Assembly (NCBI GenBank): GCA_051313645.2
Contig: JBNRSN020000003.1
Location: forward strand, 422,468,001-422,532,000
Source of the DNA: Centroscyllium fabricii
Taxonomy: Eukaryota
DNA: 64,000 nt
Direction of reading: 5' to 3'
Below the pieces are notes generated by a model. The model was not told where the DNA came from and made no database searches. It worked only from the letters and a program-made list of their open reading frames with translations. Position numbers and translations under genes: made by a program. Positions 1 through 12,300 of the stretch are shown one piece after another (positions within the stretch are counted from its first letter, which is position 1; each line of letters opens with the position of its first letter).

Positions 1-2078
1 TTTCCCTCTTTTTATTTCTCTTTCCGTACCTGTTTTGACTCTAATTCATCCTCCTTCTCCATCATTCCTCTGTTTCTTTCTCAATCCTTAAATTCCATTA
101 GTTCAGGAGATACACTGTTGGTGTCATCGTTCACTAAGGTCCCAGATGCCTCGTTGACCTTGCCGTGCCGCTATCAGCTCGCTCTTCCAGCAAGTTATGG
201 CACAAATTATATTGACGATGAAGGGTGCAATAAAAAGTATAACAAACGGCGCACGCTATGCGATGCGCCGCTTCAGCACGATTTGGCCCATAGTATACTG
301 CTCCCATCATTAGAAAATAATGTATTCTCTGACTCAGAGTATCACCATATGAGATCTTCTAGTTGCAACAAAAAATAAGTACGTTTCCAAAGTACTTTGA
401 CCACCCGAGGTCTGTGAAAATGTGTTAATGACATGAAGTGTAGTGCTTGAGGAATTTTTTTTAGCAAAAAAGGCTCCAATTGAACACACAGATGAGCCAA
501 AACAGCACGTCCCATCGTGGGTGGGTGAAATGGTGGCAACAGTACTCCACATTGTGGAACTAACATCACCTCTGACTCTAGTGAATCTGGTGAGTGTTAA
601 ATTATTTAATCCATATTTTGTTACTTCAAATGTTACAGTTGCAACTATTAGCTTTCAGCATGACATTTTGCAATAATATATATGCAAATCCTTCAAAGTA
701 ATTGTAAAGCATTTTGGTCCATTACCAGTTGTTTTAATTGTTTTTTCATGTTGGGAATTCTTGCAAAATCTTATTGTGATAGTCCTTTGGTTTGTACATA
801 GTTCAGTGTCAGTCAAGCACAACTTTCCTCCACAGATGATTCTTTCCCTCCAATTCCCCAGATTAGAAGAACAACAAGCCATAACAGTCTCAAAAGAGTT
901 AGAGGTCTTTGCCCGCTTGAGGAATCTGGTGTAACTAAAGAAGCTGTATAGAATGAAATTGTGTAACAGAATGTCCGAATGGAAACAAGCCCTAGAATGT
1001 ACAGGTGTATAGTCTCTATAGATGCAACACAAATAAGAGTGACACATTTGCTAGATCGCGTAAGCGTTGTCATTCCTCTCCTCAACACAGTCCCAGAGCA
1101 CATAGGGAGAGAACCTAATTCTACATGTCAGAGGAAAGATGTGCTTTTGGAGACAAGACAATAACTTCAACCATGTGCGTTCATACTTGGTTCATTCTGG
1201 GATATTCGGCATAATTTTATTTTGGGGTTCAATTTTTGCAGATTAAACACTTCCAGTTATGCTCATCGCTGTACTGATATGCCACTGCTCAGGCCTCCAT
1301 AGAGTTACCTAGATGTTACTATGAGGGGAATATGAGGGCATCGTTAAGGGGCACTAACATTACTATCTCACTCTATACTGAAGCTGACCCATTAATTCCT
1401 TTTGAGAATTCCTCAGAGAATGATTGGTAAAATTTGTATTTACAAACCATGTATTTTTGTATTATTGCAATTTGACTTTTATAATGTTCTTATTATATGG
1501 CTTTCTATATCTACCAGTCGATCTCATGTGGCATTGTGCATGAGGAGTCAAAGACCATGTGCAGTATTAAGAACGAGTCGCATTAGAGGGCAGGGGATAA
1601 TTGGAGCAAGATGGGGAAGGGGAGGAGGCAGATGGAAGGGGAGAGTGGCGGGTGGAGGAGATGCAAAAAGGTAAGGGAGAAGGGGAAAGGATAGGAAGGG
1701 AAGTGAATGGCAAAGCTGGATGAGGATAGGAGCAAAGGCATTGGAACTACATCAGCAGGGGGAAGCCAGCAAACTCTTTTGGGAGCGTACCCTTCCCTCT
1801 GCTTGTGATGGTATTTCATCATATCTGTGGGGGCGGGGGGGGGGGGGGGGGGGGAAGCGAGAGAAGGGAGTTGACTCCCATTTTCTCTGTCTCCGTGGGG
1901 AGGTGGTGACAGAATGGGGTGAGCTACCAGGCCCTGGCCCTCTCACTGTGCAGTGAGACTTTCTCTTTTTCCCCTTTAGCAATGCCCCAAAAAATCTTTC
2001 CATAGGGGTGCGTGGGTCCTCCCTTTTGAGTAGGTGGGAAAATGGTTTTCAGTAGATGAGAATGGTCTTTGCATCCAC

Positions 2079-2957
2079 CTCCTGTGAGGCGGGTCTTCTG
2101 GCGGGGCGCAAAAATCGCAAAACTGGAGGGTCCCCCCCCCGCCGGATCTCCGCTGCCTTCCAATTTCCCGTTGCCGTGTCTGTCTGCCCCGAATCTTTCC
2201 CGCCCGCAACCGGCGGGAATAGTCGTTAGGCTCCTTAAGCACCCTCAATTGGCACGTATAATGCCATTTTAAGGGGCCATTGCGATTTTTCAGGAGTTCC
2301 CCACCCATAACCCGCCAGCTTTAAACCCCGCTGGTGAAACCTGGCGGGGACACAATCGGCTTGCTGACTATCGGCTGCAAGTTAAAGGATGACATGCAAT
2401 CAGCTGTACCAGAAGTTGTCCCTGGGCAGCAGCTTGCAGGAGGGCTAACTGTATCCCCAGGGTGTACAATATCAGTGAGATTATAGCTTTTTATAAACTC
2501 ACTTTGCAGCTCTTTCATGTTTGACAGATAGTTCTGTAGCAGCTGTCAATGAAAGGGCTCTGCAGCACTTCACATTGAAACTGACCAGCAGCTGTCAATG
2601 AAAGGGCTCTGCAGCACTTCTCATTGTAACTGACCAGCAGCTGGCCATCAAAGGGCTCTCCAGCACTTCGCATTGAAACGGGGCTCTCGTCTTTAAGCAG
2701 CTGGCACCATTCCGGCCCCGTCAACTTTCAGTCTGGAAATAGTCAATTGGCAAGGGTTCCCACACGTGGGGAATCAATTGGCCAATTGGGGCAAATTTGT
2801 GTGGGGCTCCCAGGCCCTTTAGTATTCGTGTGGGAAATCTGACCCGCCGGAAACCCGCCAATTCCCCACACCTGAGGGGAAATGCAGAGTGCCCTAGTGG
2901 CCAGGTCATGGAACTGCAGCATCACAGGCTGTCACCTTAATAGGAAAATCTCCCCCC
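2079..2957 (+). mobile_element. PIF/Harbinger-like MITE, left end missing
   Basis: Body resembles 13855-14155 (ATGCCATTTTAAGGG, TTAAACCCCGCTGG). Ends GAAAATCTCCCCCC, like the family's right TIR. No left TIR seen. Confidence 0.55.
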
Positions 2958-3518
2958 ACCCCCCAAAAAAAATATGACTGCAAGCGTCGTCACTAGGTGT
3001 GGACACAATTAATATGGAAAACTCTGTAGGCATACTCGACATAGGACTTTTTAATGGAAAGATGACTAGACATAGTGTTTTAATACTATGAAAAATAAAG
3101 TTAATACATTTCAGAACTTTTTTGTGGATATTCATGCGTTTTAAAGAGTTCTAATATTTTTGCAGTCTAAATATTTTTCTATTTTACTATGAAAGGTTTT
3201 CTATTTTAACACTTAGTTATCTGGTCTCCCATTTTTTTCTTGGCCGTGATGATTTCTTCCTCTTTAATCCAGAAGCTGCAATTGAGCCCCAACTTTGCAG
3301 TGCAAACTGAGGTGTGAATCTTGAGCAGCTTCTGATACCATTTGTTCCATCTGCTCTCATTTACATATTAATGTTGCATGCGATTTTCATCATGCTGTAT
3401 CACAAATACATATACATTATTTGTCACAATCTTAAAGTTCCAAAAACACGTTTTACAAACCTGCTTTTTCAATCCAATGTAGTGACGTGGATTTACACGA
3501 TTAAATGTTGGCAGTCCC

Positions 3519-4480
3519 AGAATCATAGAATGGTTGCAGCACAAAAGGAGGCCATTCAGCCCGTTGAGCCCATGCTGGCTCTCTGCAAGAACACTTCAGC
3601 TAGTTCCACTCCCCCGCTCTTTCCCCGAAGCCCTGCAATTTTTTTATTCTTCAAGTACTTACCCAATTCCCTTTTGAAAGCCACGATTGTGTCTGCCTCC
3701 ACCACTCTTTCAGGCAGTGCATTCCAGATCCTCCCCACTCGCTGCGTATAAAAGTTAGTCCTCATGTCGCCTTTGGTTCTTCTGCCAGTCACCTTGAATC
3801 TGTGTCCTCTGGTTCTTGACCCCTCTGCCAGTGGGAACAATTTCTCAATCTCCTCTGTTTAGACTCCTCCTGATTTTGAACATTTCTATCAAATCTCCTC
3901 TCAACCTTCTCTGCTCTAAGGAGAACAACCCCAGCTTCTCCAGTCTGTCCATGTAATGGAAGTCTCTCATCCCTGGAATCATTCTCATAAATCTTTTCTG
4001 CACCCTCTCTAAGGCCTTCACAGCCTTCCTAAAGTGTGGTGCCCAGAATTGGACACAATACTCCAGTTGAGGCTGAACCAGTGTTTTATAAAGGTTCATC
4101 ATAATTTCCTTGCTTTTGTACTCTATGCCTCTGTTTATGAAGCCCAGGATCCCGTATGCTTTTTTAACCACTTTCTCAACCTGGCCTGCCACCTTCAACG
4201 ATTTATGCACATATACCCCCAGGACTCTCTGTTCATGCACCCCCTTTAGGATTGTACCCGTTAGTTTATATTGCCTCTCCTCGTTCTTCCTACCAAAATA
4301 TATCACTTTGCACTTTTCTGCATTAAATTTCATATGCCACGTGGTTGCCCATTCCAGCAGTCTGTCTATGTCCTCTTGACGTCTATCACTATCCTCCTCA
4401 CTGTTCACTATACTTCCAAGTTTTGTGTCATCTATAAATTTTGAAATTGTGCCCTGTACACCCAAGTCCAAGTCATCATA
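3519..4480 (-). mobile_element. CR1-clade LINE 3' fragment (RT C-terminus plus 3' UTR)
   Basis: ORFs 3845-4471 and 3556-3840 read ISKFIDDTKLG...QLEYCVQFWAPH...LRGDLIE...FYTQRV. ATTCTATGATTCT-type tail at 3519. Confidence 0.92.
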
Positions 4481-4578
4481 TCAGTCAGCACTAAAGTTTA
4501 CCTTCACAAGTATTTGTAATGGAAAGAAAGATACAGTTGATACTATTATCATTGTTTCTTATATTTCTGAGAGCAAGT

Positions 4579-5070
4579 GGAGGCGGTGGCGTAGTGGTGA
4601 TGTCACTAGACTAGTAAGCCAGAGGCTCAGTCAAATGCTCTGAGGATATGGGTTCAAATCCCACCACGGCAGCTGGTGGAATTTAAATTCAATTCAATTT
4701 AATTCTGGAATTAAATGTTAGTCTTGGTAATGGCGACCATGATAGCATTGTCGATTGTTGCAAAAACCCATCTGGTTCACTAATGTCCTTTAGGGAAGGA
4801 AATCTGCCGTCCTTACCTGGTCTGGCCTACATGTGACTCCAGACCCACAGCAATGTGGTTGACTCTTAATGCCCTGTGAAATGGCCCAGCAAGCCACTCA
4901 GTTGGAAAAAACCGCTACGCAACATTGTGGGTGTACGTACACCATATGGACTGCAGCGGTTCAAGAAGGCAGCTCACCACCATCTTCTCAAGGGCAATTA
5001 GAGATGGGCACTAAATGCAGGCCTAGCCAGCCAGCGACACCCACATCCCATCAATGAATAAAAAAAAAAA
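4579..5070 (+). mobile_element. tRNA-derived SINE with a 3' tail shared with the LINE at 30819 and 53735
   Basis: A-box-like GGTGGCGTAGTGG and B-box GGGTTCAAATCC. Tail GGACTGCAGCGGTTCAAGAAGG...GATGGGCA...CACATCCC...AATGAATAAAAA matches 31111-31225. Ends in poly-A. Confidence 0.8.
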
Positions 5071-5702
5071 GTATTTTTTTGTTTTGTCTTCCAGGCTTAC
5101 TTTGATACATATGGTGCAGCTGGCTTTATTTTCGGCAGTGAGATACATCAAAATAGATCACATTTTTAAACTAAAGCAAGTCAGTCTCAGTTCAAATTAG
5201 TGAATCACAACAGGCTTGCATAATTTATAAAGTTTTATATAACATACACATATATGTGCGTATACATATAATATTTTAGGCACTTTTTCTCAGTTTATTT
5301 TATGAAACCCCAGTAAACTCTAGACCCAGAATATTTGCTACGCGGCATCCTGTTCAATCCCAAGCTGAGCTTCTGACTCCATATCCTGTCCATCAGAAAG
5401 ACTGCCCACTTCCACCGTCGCAACATTACCTGTCTTAGCCCCTACCTCAGCCTAGCTGCCACTGAAACCCACGTTCATGCCTTTGTCACCTCCAGATTCA
5501 ATTACTCCAATGCTCTCCTGGCCGGCCTCCCATCCCCCACCCTCCATAAACTTCAGCTCTTTAAAAATTCTGTTGCCCATAACCTATCCTGCACAAATCC
5601 CTACGCGCTCATCACACCCGTCCTCACTAATGTACATTTGCTCTCGGTCCCCCAACACCTCTCATCCTTGAGTTTAAAGGCCGTGTGGCCTCACCACTCT
5701 CT

Positions 5703-6689
5703 GGGGGGGATTTCACCGGAAGGGTGGGAATCGGGCGGGGATTGGTCTGGGCCGCCTCTGGCCCCGCCAGCCCAAACAGCTGGGAAGGCCATGCAATTTT
5801 AGTTTAATTAGGTTGTTAAGTCCCCGCCGGCGGCAGTGGGAGGTAATTAGGTCAATCGAGTCGTGCTGCATCGGGGCTGCGAGCAACTTGATTGACAGTT
5901 CCAGCACTGGTTGTTGACAGTTCCCATGGAAACACTCCACTGTGACATCACAGTGGTGTGGAACCAATGGGAACGGTCAAGTGCTGGTGACTGACAGGTG
6001 GGCGGGCGGGCTCAGAATTCTTGACAGCTCGGCAGCAGCTGTGAGGAAGTATTCAAAGATGTGCGGGTTAGGTTGATTGGCCATGATAAATTGACCCTTA
6101 GTGTTAGGGGGTTTGAATATGTGGGGTTACGGGGATAGGGTGGGATATGTGTCGATGGAGGCTCGATAGGGATATGGGGAGAGGGCAGGGGCGGGGTGCT
6201 GGGTTTGGATGATCAGCCATGACCTCATTGAATGGCGGAGCAGGCTCGAAGGGCCGAATGGCCTACTCCTGCTCCTAGTTTCTATGTTTCTATGTTCAGA
6301 ACTGAGTTTTCTGCTCACAGCTGCTGCAGCCACAGCGGAGTTACTTACTCCTCTAAGGTGCTGGAGGCATGCCAAGCATTTGGCAGCATGTCCTTCACAC
6401 CTTGAAGGAGAAAGTAATAAGCAACGCTGTGCTCCCGCTGGGTTTCACAGGGGGAAACAGGGCAAAATGGCTGAGGGCCCTTAAAATGGCATTAAAGATG
6501 CCAATTTAGGGCCCTTAATGAGGTGATAACCCATCCCCGCCGGCCGGCGTCGGGAAGGTTTTGGGGCGGGGAAAATGAGAAAATGGCGCGGGGGTGGGGG
6601 GGGGGGGTGTGGCAGGACCTGCCGGTTGTGCTATTTTGCCAGCCGGGTCGCCGAAAACCCCGCCTCACGGGAACATGAAAATCCCCCCC
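5703..6689 (-). mobile_element. PIF/Harbinger-like MITE
   Basis: TIRs GGGGGGGATTT / AAATCCCCCCC with 3-bp TSD TCT. Reverse-complement homolog of 13834-14674. Confidence 0.8.
6054..6296 (+). mobile_element. 5'-truncated HE1-like V-SINE nested in a MITE
   Basis: CAAAGATGTGCGGGTTAGG...GAATGGCGGAGCAGGCTCGAAGGGCCGAATGGCCTACTCCTG...(TTTCTATG)n. Absent at the homologous site of the 13834 copy. Confidence 0.9.
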
Positions 6690-7704
6690 TCTATTTCTGT
6701 GACCTCTTACAGCCATAAGCTGCCCTTCCTGAATTCTCTCTTCCTCCGGCTCGCCCTCTCTCCGCCCACCCATAGTGTGACCATGCACTTAGCCAGCTAG
6801 GTCCCACCCCCCTAGAATTCCCATCCCAAACCCTTCTGCCTCTTCTCCTTTAAGACACTTAAAACACACCTTCGACCAAGCTTTTGATTATCCTGTACAA
6901 CCTCTGCACCTTTAGCTTGGCGCCTGTTTTTTCCCCCTCTTGACTCTGCAGTGCCATGGGATGCTCTTCTACATTAAAGTTGGTTGTCGACTCCAAGGGT
7001 AGGTGCAGCACAGCCAGATACAGAATGAAGATTCTTCTACTGCTATAATGGCCTTAATCTCTGAGGAGAACTTCCCAATTGTTTCAGTATGAAGTTTTTA
7101 ATTTCTCACTTGAGCCATTGAGTGAAATTTTCAATTTGTGTCTCATTCTCGGCAGTTCTGTGCTGTGTGGCTGTACCCACTCGGAACTCTTTCGAGACTG
7201 TTCAAACTATTACCCTATCAGCTGACAGAGAGGAGACTTTATTGCCATTCGTTTGGGCTTGATTCAAGTCCACACATCTGTGGTGAAAGAATAGTCTGCT
7301 AACCCTCTGTGCCACCAAGTCTGTAAACTGCATATTCGTGTGTCAAAATGTGCAGATTATGTTCCTGTAATTTTACACATTCATGTTTTGTTGCAGTTGT
7401 GACATCTATTGTCTACGTACTGTTACAAACAACCTCTACTTGAGTAGCTGTTTTATTGTGACATAAAGTCAGTCACTTTTGTGACCTGTGTGGCTATATT
7501 ATACAAAGTAATAAATGAGCTAGAATGAACTGCAGATAGAGCTCTCAAACCACTTTGGACGAGAAGCAGATTTATGATTGTTGCAACTGTCCCTTCTGTG
7601 CAAATACAATTCAGATTTGCTGGTTCCAAAATGAAATGATAACTACATTCTTGTGTGCTAAAGGAGGGCTGGTGACAGATGAATATAGCCATGTGAAGAG
7701 ATGG

Positions 7705-7863
7705 TGTCGATCATGCCGTGTATTTTAAATAGTCTTGTGTTGACCAGCTGGAAGGAGTAATACAGCTTGGACAGGCAATTGTTTGAAATCCTCGGCCAGC
7801 GGTCCGCGAAGAAAATGAAAAGACGAAAACGGGCCGCGAATTGAAAAAGGTTGGAGACCACTG
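7705..7863 (-). mobile_element. Possible hAT-type DNA transposon terminus (single end)
   Basis: Minus strand begins CAGTGGTCTCCAACCTTTTT, typical of hAT TIRs. No partner TIR or TSD found, so the inner boundary is uncertain. Confidence 0.4.
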
Positions 7864-7887
7864 CGCTAAGCCATCAGGAGAGCCAAA

Positions 7888-8712
7888 GGGCTGGATTTTA
7901 TCAATGGAGGCATGTAGGAGACGGGACTCCCTCTTTTGGGGTTGTAGTCCCGCCTCCATTGAGTTGTGGCCACCCCACTCGATTTTCACTTGATTGACCT
8001 TGTTGAGCCCGCCCAGCGGTCTCAGCAGGCCAATTAAGGGCCACCCGGCAACAGGTGACGTCACAGATTGACATTTCATCTGTCAAGAGTTTTTGACAGA
8101 TGAAATATCAGCGTTTGACAGCTCTTTGAAGATGTCAAACACTGACAATCTGTACTCGAAGTTAATTCCTTCCTCTCAGGCTGATTTAGAGATCTTTCCA
8201 GAACAGAAAGCAGAGGCGGCAGATTTTGACAGCTTGCGGCCATTCTGCTTTCTGTGCCGGTGAGATGAGGGACTCCCGAGACCTGAAGGACGGAAGGCTG
8301 CATTATTAAGTAAAGGTAAGTAAAACTTAGTTCAACAATTTACACACACCAAAGACACTTAACCTCTGCACCCATCACTCACCTGAACACCGGACATCTC
8401 GAACCTTCCAAGCCCTTCAGCCCGACGGTCCGCCTCGCTAACTTGGCGTGGTTTGGAGCCATTGGGAAGCCCACACTTCAGGGATAAAAATAGGGATTAG
8501 GCTAAAAACTGCCTGTTAACCACCTGTTAATTGGCACTTATCCCCTTGCCGCCTCGGGGAGGTGGCTCCCTGCACAGGTCGGGTACCCGCCTCCTGTGAA
8601 ACGGGCTTGGAGGCAGGTTGGGGGCGGGATGGATTCGTGCCCCCCGATTTCGCAATTTTAAACCCCCACACGCATCCGATCCCGCCTCAACGGCCCGATG
8701 AAATTCGAGCCC
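7888..8712. mobile_element. PIF/Harbinger-like MITE
   Basis: Termini GGGCTGGATTTT / AAATTCGAGCCC, flanked by AAA on both sides (3-bp TSD). GC-rich non-coding body. Confidence 0.7.
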
Positions 8713-9143
8713 AAATGTCTTTTGAGTGAGACAATAAAGCATGTGTTTTTAATTATTAAAGATTTTGTAGGAATGTTCCAAAAAGGCAAAGAAATATTTG
8801 GTGAAATTATTTATCAATATCTTTAATGGACCAGTGGCTTTGAAACTGGGCTTCCTTGTTTTATCTGTGATCTCAGACATGTTACATGACTGTTGCTGCT
8901 GTCACTGTAGGGACTATGTTTGGGGCTTGAAAGAGTGGATTAAAAGGTTACTTTTGGTGCCATATATTTGATGATTTACAGTATCCACTTACATTGATCA
9001 ACTGATTTAAATTTTTGCTTTTGGTAGTGCTACAAAATGCTTATTTTTGTAATTGAATGGTGTATTGATTATTGCTGCAATTAGTTAAATATTTGAATGC
9101 ATTCAACAATCATAAAATGATGCACACTGCTAGTTAAATGTGT

Positions 9144-9377
9144 AAATGCAAGAAGTCACACAACACCAGATTATAGTCCAACGGTTTTATTTTAAATCAC
9201 AAGCTTTCGGAGCGTCTGCCCCTTCGTCAGGTGGACAGAGAGACTCTCTGTCCACCTGACGAAGGGGCAGACGCTCCGAAAGCTTGTGATTTAAAATAAA
9301 ACCGTTGGACTATAATCTGGTGTTGTGTGACTTCTTGCATTTGTCCACCCCAGTCCAACACCGGCACCTACACATTA
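9144..9377. mobile_element. Penelope-like element 3' end as an inverted (palindromic) insertion
   Basis: Perfect inverted repeat 9144-9242 / 9244-9342 plus a 35-bp tail. 13-bp TSD TAGTTAAATGTGT at 9131-9143 and 9378-9390. Same terminus as the GIY-YIG-bearing copy at 58817. Confidence 0.85.
9250..9290 (+). ncRNA. Minimal hammerhead-ribozyme-like motif (mirror copy on the minus strand at ~9196-9236)
   Basis: CUGACGA-A-GGGGC-AGAC-GCUCC-GAAA-GCUU: core boxes around a 5-bp stem II, with palindromic AAGCUU in place of stem III, as in Penelope minimal hammerheads. Activity untested. Confidence 0.55.
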
Positions 9378-12300
9378 TAGTTAAATGTGTGTTCAGCATT
9401 CTGCATGGTGACGTGTTGGCGTCACGCTGAATGAACCCTATCTCATTCCGACTACATTTTTCATCTTATGCATGTGATAACTGCCCACTTATGCACTGAG
9501 CACCAAAAACACACTTCAGTGTTTGTGTTTTGTCACAACATTGTCAGCAGAACAGAATCTGAATGACTGGATCAATATATGTCAACTACTCCTGTCATGC
9601 CTATACCAGCTGTCTCAATCCATGTCATCCATGATTTTAAATTTTGTTAATATTGGTTCTTGGTTTAATGATAAAGGAAAAATAAACCAGTCTTTGTTTT
9701 TCATTCACATTCTAGACAAATTTATCTGACCTGACGATTCATTTTTTTAACTCACTGAAAGCTTAGCAAAACTTAACTTTTTTGAATGAACACCTAGGGA
9801 TTTCCTTCTTCAAGAACATTTGTCATGCACAGTAGCTGCTATAGTTATTGCTGTTTGAACTGGCCATTGCTGTTGTAAGGGAGAGAACTATAGTCAGGAG
9901 TTTCAGATTAATTTTACTGCCACTAAATTTACACTGTAACATCACAACAGGCTTCCCATTTTATCAGGATACTGCTGGCTGACCTTTTGCTTGATTTGTC
10001 TGTGGGAAGGCAAGCACTTTCCCACCAAGACACAGGTTCACTCACTTCTCTTTCGTGATTCCACACGTCCACCTCTCCCTCCCCCAGCCCCACACTTTTC
10101 TCTCATTTCAGCCACTAACTTTGTATTTGACAGATTTGGTTATATATAAAAATTTAAGTTTTCAGTCCTTCTGACCTGCTGCAGAAAAATATAAGACCGA
10201 TATCCCTAATCATATTTGAAAACTGAACTTCAAATCTCTTCCTCAAATAGTTAATGTTGCATTAAAAAAAAAAGTGGTGTCAATGTGTGTGGTATGTGGT
10301 GGGTTGACTTGAGGCTGAGCCTTACCCTCCATGAATATGTAAGAGTTAAGACAATTAAGTGGGAAGGAAAGTACCCCCTTTTTCATTGAAAATAATATAT
10401 ATTCCAGAAATTTCTCTGACGTTTTAATAAAGACATTAATTTTGTTGCTGAAATTGACATGGTGAGGCCTGCTCTACCTCCCTCCCTGACCACACTAATA
10501 TGACTGGTGGAGAACATCTTTGTGTGTTCCTGTCCAGGTCCACAGAGAATACTCGGGGCTGTGGCTTCAGGCTGGCTTGAGAGCAGCTCTGGAGATGCCT
10601 GACCCCAAGAAACCAGCAGGGAAATCTGCATCCCTCCCCAGCATGTGGCGTGGTTTCCCAAGGTTGGAAAGCTCCATAATGGCTCGCAACTTGGTTTGAA
10701 TTTGCAGTCTTTGCCATTTCCTATGGAGTGACACGGGTGTTTCCTCTCTGCAGCATAATGAAATGACCTCACAGTGAGGAAAATCTGACTCAAGAGTTAC
10801 CACATCAACAAGAAAATTTGTTTTTTTTACTAAAATGGCAAGACATTTCTGGAATTTGTTATTTTTTTCTATACAAGAGAGGAGTGCTTTGAATAAAGGT
10901 ACTTCCCCTAGACTTTGAGTGTTGGTGATGCTGTAATAATTGGGAATGTGCTTGTACCATCCACAAAAATTAAAATGTTTATTTTGCTAATATTGATGTA
11001 AACAATTCACTTTTGCCCCAAATGGTGTTGATTGGAAAATAATATTTTCTTGATTAATTGATGAAACCTATGTAAAGCTTTACAGGCTCAAGTGCTGTTT
11101 GCAGCAGTTTCCCTTAACTGAAGTGAAGTTGTCTTGCGTGGAGGTATTCATGAGCACGGTCTACACATGTAACCTAATGGAGCTGCTGTGCAGAAGCCAA
11201 ATCATATAAATGTCATTTTCAGACCAGTTCATGTCATTCACAGGTTAGGATCAAAATGATGCTAGATACAATTATTTACTATAATCCAGGCATAAAATAC
11301 AAGACCTAAAGCACCAGCCCAATTAATAATTTACATAATTAACATGCATACTAAACAGGGGCCAGCCTTGCTTCTCTGTTACAATGACTGGGGTAATGAG
11401 GGCTAACAGCACAGCTTTGAGCATAAGTTTCCACGCGTGTGGTGCTAGTAATTCTTGCTTGGATTGACAAGTGCTAGACAGCAGTCACAGCATAACTAAA
11501 CCTGTTTGGCAGAATTAATCGCTGACAAACGGCACTTAAAGCAACGACATTGTTTGTGTCAGTTATTCTGTTTGATGTCACTGTTGGACTTAATAAATCA
11601 ATAGTGTCAGTATTTGGTAATGTTTATAGCAGCAAGGTTTATTATTTCATGTGTCTGTCATGTACAAATAGTATTTATCATGACTTGCCTATAAATTATT
11701 ATGGACAGAATGTTGCTTTACATATAGCATTGTCTTATTTTGTTTTAAAGAATTTTTTTTCTTTCATCTGGCTCTGTGTGCAGTTTCTTCATTCCTCCTC
11801 TATTTTAGAGGATTGCTTAATCAAATTGGTCTAATGATAGATGTCATTTCTTTAACCAGTTTATGCAGTTGAAACAGTTGCTGACCTTGGCTGGAATGTT
11901 CTGGTATTGTGGCTGTGTAACAGAGGGTCTAATTGGTACTCTTACATTGATGAGACATTGATTATTGGTTCCATTTCCAGTAGGGAGGCCATTAGTTATC
12001 CTACCACAGTAAATCATCTGAGAATAGTAGCACATCAGTTAGAATGCTAATTCACTCTGCTGGCAGCGCCCACTGCGAGATGACAGCTTGAAGAGGGGGG
12101 ATGTTAAAAATGGCAGCTGATTGGTATTTTAAAAGGGAGGGGAGCTTTGTACTGATGAATAAGAAAGATGACATTTGGTGTCCACATTTAACTATATTAG
12201 TTGTCCACGTGAGGGTCAGTGCGCATGACCTACCTTAATTATGCCTCGGGCTGGTCAACAGCTGACTGAGAGTATACCCTTTGGACAAAATGAAGGGGAA

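Larger units (their letters stand above)
5335..6985 (+). mobile_element. Decayed L2-clade LINE 3' fragment, interrupted by the MITE at 5703-6689
   Basis: Translates to GILFNPKLSF...HAFVTSRFNYSNALLAGLP, an L2 RT motif. The 3' part resumes after 6690 (TTCGACCAAGCTTTTG). Confidence 0.75.

Noticed and set aside
1829-1854. Poly-G tract as a functional G-quadruplex
   Set aside because: A simple homopolymer with no supporting context, and its length is unreliable.
10383-10803. Possible host exon in a GC-richer unique segment
   Set aside because: No recognisable protein motif in any frame and no convincing splice-site pair. Short exons elsewhere cannot be excluded without RNA data.
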